This document shows, one piece after another, positions 24,842-28,851 of a DNA stretch of 28,851 nucleotides. The stretch lies in IMG/VR virus record IMGVR_UViG_3300025751_000100, positions 1 to 28,851 of that record; one strand, given 5' to 3'. Position 1 is the first letter of the stretch. Each line of letters starts with the position of its first letter. Source of the DNA: a virus (lineage: Duplodnaviria; Caudoviricetes). The position numbers were made by a program, and so were the translations under genes. The notes below the pieces were generated by a model. That model was not told the origin of the DNA. It worked only from the letters and a program-made list of their open reading frames with translations, and did no database searches.

Positions 24842-25167
24842 ACTTAAATGAATATCAAAAACAAGCAATGCGTACAGCTATCTTTTTTGAAAGAGACGGT
24901 TATATCTATACAGCGTTAGGTTTGGCTGGTGAGGCTGGCGAAATAGCCAACAAGGTCAAGAAGTTTGTACGCGACGGATATACCCCTGAAGAATTGCCGT
25001 ACAAGATAAACGATCTTCGTGCCGAACTAGGAGATGTCTTGTGGTACGTTGCGGCTATGGCACAGGTTCTTGAAACCGACCTGCAGACTATTGCAGAAGC
25101 TAACCTAAAGAAGTTGCAAAGCCGCAAGAAACGTGGTAAGTTATCTGGTGATGGAGATAACCGATGA
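24838..25167 (+). CDS. mazG: MazG-like nucleoside triphosphate pyrophosphohydrolase
   Basis: LGLAGEAGEIANKVKK...ELGDVLWY...NLKKL..R..RG...GDGDNR. Confidence 0.88.
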   Translation: MNLNEYQKQAMRTAIFFERDGYIYTALGLAGEAGEIANKVKKFVRDGYTPEELPYKINDLRAELGDVLWYVAAMAQVLETDLQTIAEANLKKLQSRKKRGKLSGDGDNR

Positions 25168-25445
25168 AACACGAAGCTTACATGAAGCGTTTGGAACAAC
25201 TAGAGAATGCTGGTAAAGAAGCATACGGGGGAGTAGACCTTGTCAATAATCCGCCACACTACAATCAAGCAGGTATCGAATGCGTTGACGCAATCGCGGC
25301 GGCGACAGACGATGGGTTTCAATACTACCTGCAAGGAAACATCATCAAATACCTCTGGCGATACCGATACAAAAACGGAATCCAAGACCTTGAAAAAGCC
25401 CAGTGGTATCTCAACAAACTGATCGAAACATTAGAAGAGGAATAA
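25164..25445 (+). CDS. DUF3310 protein (T7 gp1.7-like nucleotide kinase family)
   Basis: VNNPPHY, IECVDAI, GNIIKYLWRY..KNG..DLEKAQWYL. Confidence 0.85.
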   Translation: MKHEAYMKRLEQLENAGKEAYGGVDLVNNPPHYNQAGIECVDAIAAATDDGFQYYLQGNIIKYLWRYRYKNGIQDLEKAQWYLNKLIETLEEE

Positions 25446-25448
25446 GAC

Positions 25449-27377
25449 ATGAGCAACATGTTACCAACACCATATCAACAATTCATTCACAAGTCACGTT
25501 ACGCACGTTGGCTAGATAATGAACAACGCCGTGAGAATTGGGATGAGACAGTTGACCGATACGTCGGTTTCATGGAAAACCAAATTCAAGGTAAGTGCAA
25601 CGTCAAGCTAGACAAGAAGGTAACCGACGAGTTACGTGAAGGTATCTTGAGTCTTGATGTCATGCCATCCATGAGAGCAATGATGACAGCAGGGTCTGCA
25701 TTGGCTCGTGATAATATCTGTGGATATAACTGTAGCTACATTCCTGTTGATAGCCCCCGTGCGTTTGACGAATGTATGTATATTTTGATGTGTGGTACGG
25801 GTGTCGGTTTCAGCGTTGAACGGGAAAACGTGGACAAGCTTCCCGTTGTGTCAGACAACTTTGGTGATTCAGATATTGTAATTACAGTAGGCGATAGCAA
25901 ACCGGGATGGGCAAAAGCTTTGCGCGAACTGATTGCGTTGCTCTATGCTGGACAAGTCCCGTCTTGGGATATGTCTCAGGTTCGCCCAGCAGGTGAACGC
26001 CTCAAGATTATGGGTGGACGTGCATCCGGCCCCCAGCCTCTTGCAGATCTCTTCAACTTTGTTGTTGAGACATTCAAGAAAGCTAAAGGGCGTCGGTTGT
26101 TTCCTATCGAATGCCACGACTTGATGTGTAAGATTGGCGAGATTGTGGTTGTCGGTGGCGTACGACGCTCTGCCCTGATTAGTTTATCTAACTTAAACGA
26201 TGACCAGATGGCACACGCTAAGTCAGGTATGTGGTGGGAAGGTGAGCCGCAACGTGCGCTTGCAAACAATTCTGTAGCCTACAAGCAGAAGCCTGAGATG
26301 GGTACGTTTATGCGTGAGTGGCTTGCCCTGTACGACAGTAAGTCAGGTGAACGTGGTATGTTCAACCGTGAGGCGGCAGACAAGCAAGTCGGTCGCAACG
26401 GACGCCGTGAGCAAGGCCACATGTGGGGTACAAATCCCTGCTCTGAGATTATCTTGCGTGGCTACCAGTTCTGTAACTTGTCAGAGGTGGTGGTTCGTGA
26501 AACCGACTCGCTATATGATTTGAAGCGCAAGGTTCGCCTCGCAACCATCTTGGGTACTTTGCAATCTACCTTGACTGACTTCAAATACCTGAGGAAGATA
26601 TGGAAGGACAACACAGAGGAAGAGCGTTTATTGGGCGTATCCTTGACTGGTATCATGGATCATCACGTGCTTTCAAAGAACGTAGACAGCAAGCGTTGGC
26701 TAGAAGAAATGCGGCAAGTAGCCGTAGATACAAACAAGAAGTTTGCGAACATGCTTGGAATACCTCAGAGTGCAGCAATCACCTGTGTAAAGCCATCGGG
26801 TACTGTATCTCAACTCGTGGACGCAGCTAGTGGTATTCACGCACGGCACAACGATTACTTCATTCGTACGGTTCGTGGCGACAACAAAGACCCGTTGACA
26901 CAGTTCCTCATCGAAAGCGGCGTACACAACGAGCGTGACATGATGAAGCCGGACTCTACAACAGTCTTTAGCTTCCCAATGAAATCACCTGACGGTGCCG
27001 TAACTCGTACGCAGACTACTGCTATTGAACAGCTAGAACTGTGGAAGACATACGCGATTCACTGGTGTGAGCACAAACCGTCTATCACCGTGTCGGTTAA
27101 GGAACACGAGTGGATGGAAGTCGGTGCGTGGGTGTATGAGAACTTTGACGTGGCATCAGGTGTATCGTTCTTGCCGCACAGCGATCATACCTATCAGCAA
27201 GCCCCGTACCAAGACATTGAACCAGATGAATACTTGGAATGGAAGAAGCTGTACGAAGGTGTGGTTATCGACTGGAACAAGCTTTCTGAGTTTGAGAAGG
27301 AAGACAATACCAGCGGTTCTCGTGAACTTGCCTGTACTGCAGGTGTGTGTGAAGTTGTTGATTTAAATGCGGCGTAG
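25449..27377 (+). CDS. nrdJ: Class II (adenosylcobalamin-dependent) ribonucleotide reductase
   Basis: YNCSY, GTGVGF, VVGGVRRSA, TNPCSEI, CVKPSGT and C-terminal CTAGVC. Monomeric RTPR-like size and no nrdB partner in the window. Confidence 0.9.
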   Translation: MSNMLPTPYQQFIHKSRYARWLDNEQRRENWDETVDRYVGFMENQIQGKCNVKLDKKVTDELREGILSLDVMPSMRAMMTAGSALARDNICGYNCSYIPVDSPRAFDECMYILMCGTGVGFSVERENVDKLPVVSDNFGDSDIVITVGDSKPGWAKALRELIALLYAGQVPSWDMSQVRPAGERLKIMGGRASGPQPLADLFNFVVETFKKAKGRRLFPIECHDLMCKIGEIVVVGGVRRSALISLSNLNDDQMAHAKSGMWWEGEPQRALANNSVAYKQKPEMGTFMREWLALYDSKSGERGMFNREAADKQVGRNGRREQGHMWGTNPCSEIILRGYQFCNLSEVVVRETDSLYDLKRKVRLATILGTLQSTLTDFKYLRKIWKDNTEEERLLGVSLTGIMDHHVLSKNVDSKRWLEEMRQVAVDTNKKFANMLGIPQSAAITCVKPSGTVSQLVDAASGIHARHNDYFIRTVRGDNKDPLTQFLIESGVHNERDMMKPDSTTVFSFPMKSPDGAVTRTQTTAIEQLELWKTYAIHWCEHKPSITVSVKEHEWMEVGAWVYENFDVASGVSFLPHSDHTYQQAPYQDIEPDEYLEWKKLYEGVVIDWNKLSEFEKEDNTSGSRELACTAGVCEVVDLNAA

Positions 27378-27429
27378 TAATATACGCTACAAAGCATATA
27401 GCTGAGTATCAGGATGAGGAGAGTGCGGC

Positions 27430-27654
27430 ATGACCTTTGACTCAAACAAATCATACGCTATTGGCGTATGGGACATGACATTCTATGTCATTGACACAGA
27501 AACAGATGAGCCTATGCGAAACAAGGATGGCACAGTGAAACTGTTTCGTTCTGACAATTATGACCTTTCATATCTGGCAGATGGCTTGGATGTGGATGAT
27601 TTGAAAGAGGCAGAACCAATAGTTCACTTGTATAAAGGAGAGTTGATAAAATGA
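27430..27654 (+). CDS. Hypothetical protein
   Basis: 74 aa, SD GAGGAG. Confidence 0.7.
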   Translation: MTFDSNKSYAIGVWDMTFYVIDTETDEPMRNKDGTVKLFRSDNYDLSYLADGLDVDDLKEAEPIVHLYKGELIK

Positions 27655-27749
27655 CTGACAACTACGACAGCGGTTTTGACCTTGTGTTATCTGACTATGA
27701 ACGCTATGATAGTTTTGAAGGCTTACCAAAAGAGGATGAAAGTGCCTAA
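27651..27749 (+). CDS. Very small acidic ORF (32 aa)
   Basis: MTDNYDSGFDLVLSDYERYDSFEGLPKEDESA, strong SD AAAGGAG, bridges the two neighbouring genes. Confidence 0.45.
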   Translation: MTDNYDSGFDLVLSDYERYDSFEGLPKEDESA

Positions 27750-28206
27750 TCGCTTCGACCCAAATCCGTACACAGGAAAGCCTATGTACTACAAGGATAA
27801 TCCTGATGCCGTAAAGCGTCGGGATTCCTTGCGTATGTATGTAAATGGTAAAGAAATATCTAAGAAAAGCCCTTTACATAAACCGGGAAAATACAAATCC
27901 TTAGATGATGCTTGGTCACATAGCGAGATTGAAAAGACGTACGAAGGGGAAGTATACTTGATTATGAACCCAGCGTGGCCTGAGTGGGTGAAGGTTGGTA
28001 AGGCGGCAATTGCAACCGACAGGTTATCCAACTACCAAACATCTTCACCCTTTCGGGACTACATCATAATTAAATCTGTAAAAACAGAGGACAGACATGC
28101 TACCGAAACCGACCTGCTAAATAAGTTTGAGGCTGAATCTGTCGAGCGTCGTGGCGAATGGTTTAAGATAAGTAAGGAGAAAGCAATTGAACTGCTGGCA
28201 TTGTAA
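27736..28206 (+). CDS. T5orf172-like GIY-YIG superfamily protein
   Basis: GEVYLIMNPAWPEWVKVGKA...RLSNYQTSSP...E...RGEWF. Start either ATG 27736 or GTG 27742. Confidence 0.75.
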   Translation: MKVPNRFDPNPYTGKPMYYKDNPDAVKRRDSLRMYVNGKEISKKSPLHKPGKYKSLDDAWSHSEIEKTYEGEVYLIMNPAWPEWVKVGKAAIATDRLSNYQTSSPFRDYIIIKSVKTEDRHATETDLLNKFEAESVERRGEWFKISKEKAIELLAL

Positions 28207-28360
28207 ACACGAGTTGGTGTGGGGTGCAGACCACGATATAGATCACGAAGACGATGAATACTGCATGGAGACAAATTTGACTTGCCCTAGCTGTGGTTCG
28301 TTTGTTATGGTCTTCCTACCGAAAGAGGGCATCTATGATCCAAGTAAAAATAACACCTGA
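28187..28360 (+). CDS. Small zinc-ribbon protein (57 aa, not in ORF track)
   Basis: TTG start with SD AAGGAG. MNCWHCKHELVWGADHD...NLTCPSCGSFVMVFLP carries two CxxC pairs. Confidence 0.7.
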   Translation: MNCWHCKHELVWGADHDIDHEDDEYCMETNLTCPSCGSFVMVFLPKEGIYDPSKNNT

Positions 28361-28823
28361 AATTATTCGCCGCGCCAAAAAGAAAGCCGCCTCTGTAGGG
28401 GTACTACAAGGCAGCATAACTGGTAGCTTATCCAATGTTGTCGGTGCTATTGGTGAAATTATCGTACAGGATTACACTGGTGGTATCGAAGCCAACAGCA
28501 AGGACTACGACCTGATGATAGGAAACCGACGTGTTGACGTAAAAACTAAGCGTTGCAACACAACCCCTTCACCCAACTACGATTGTTCTGTGGCGGCACA
28601 CGGTACGAAACAGGACTGTGATAGCTATGTCTTTGTCCGTATCCTTACTGATCATAGCAAAGCGTGGATACTTGGGGAAATACCTAAAGCAGATTATTAT
28701 AAGAAGGCAACTAAATATCAGGTAGGTGATGTTGATCCTGCCAACGGCTTTGTTTTCAAAGCTGACTGTTACAACCTAGCAATACAAGAACTAGAGACTG
28801 TCAATGGCAAAGAAGCAGCATAA
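28335..28823 (+). CDS. Putative PD-(D/E)XK-fold nuclease-like protein
   Basis: Likely start MIQVKI. GAIGE...DYD...VDVKTK...DSYVFV pattern. Confidence 0.6.
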   Translation: MIQVKITPEIIRRAKKKAASVGVLQGSITGSLSNVVGAIGEIIVQDYTGGIEANSKDYDLMIGNRRVDVKTKRCNTTPSPNYDCSVAAHGTKQDCDSYVFVRILTDHSKAWILGEIPKADYYKKATKYQVGDVDPANGFVFKADCYNLAIQELETVNGKEAA

Positions 28824-28851
28824 GGCTAACCTATTTCAATTTACAGCGTAC
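28804..28851 (+). CDS. Start of next gene (truncated)
   Basis: MAKKQHKANLFQFTAY is open to the window edge and overlaps the upstream stop. Confidence 0.4.
   Translation, partial: MAKKQHKANLFQFTAY

Noticed and set aside
25449-27377. Intein or intron in nrdJ (also checked terL and helicase)
   Set aside because: Lengths are normal, reading frames are continuous, and no intein splice or LAGLIDADG motifs were seen.
1676-28274. Many antisense or alternate-frame ORFs of 60-140 aa (e.g. 4468-4827, 7010-7342, 18281-18664, 19176-19592)
   Set aside because: They are shadows of well-supported genes, with no RBS or recognisable motifs.
1-28851. tRNA, rRNA, IS elements, phage RNA polymerase or host-prophage junction
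   Set aside because: No cloverleaf, transposase, single-subunit RNAP or bacterial housekeeping gene was recognised; the whole window reads as phage.

Overview
A 28.9-kb segment of a marine tailed dsDNA phage, podovirus-like and with no RNA polymerase gene in the window. Its family A DNA polymerase has a DnaJ-type double CxxCxGxG zinc finger, the hallmark of HMO-2011-type phages, which suggests an alphaproteobacterial host. The window has three blocks. (1) A late arm on the minus strand (1-11297): small and large terminase, an unexpected tyrosine-recombinase-fold protein, portal, a putative ejection protein with a SleB-like hydrolase domain, scaffold and major capsid (truncated by the window edge). 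(2) A ~0.8-kb non-coding control or possible terminus region (11300-12100) with divergent sigma70 promoters, a candidate ~90-nt sRNA and three 20-bp repeats, followed by minus-strand early genes (12100-17772): wHTH, DUF932-like, Gp88/radical-SAM-like, RHH and small peptides. (3) A plus-strand replication and nucleotide metabolism arm (17886-end): primase, helicase, a polA split into exonuclease and polymerase ORFs, SSB, PD-(D/E)XK exonuclease, endonuclease I, MazG-like, DUF3310 and class II RNR. The main unexplained signals are a heptamer AACCGAC/GTCGGTT found about 47 times by manual count (about 3.5 expected), a recombinase with a virion-protein-like tail inside the packaging operon, a closed-stem C-rich sRNA, and twin covarying hairpins in front of the scaffold gene. 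All family calls come from reading motifs by eye; no searches were run.
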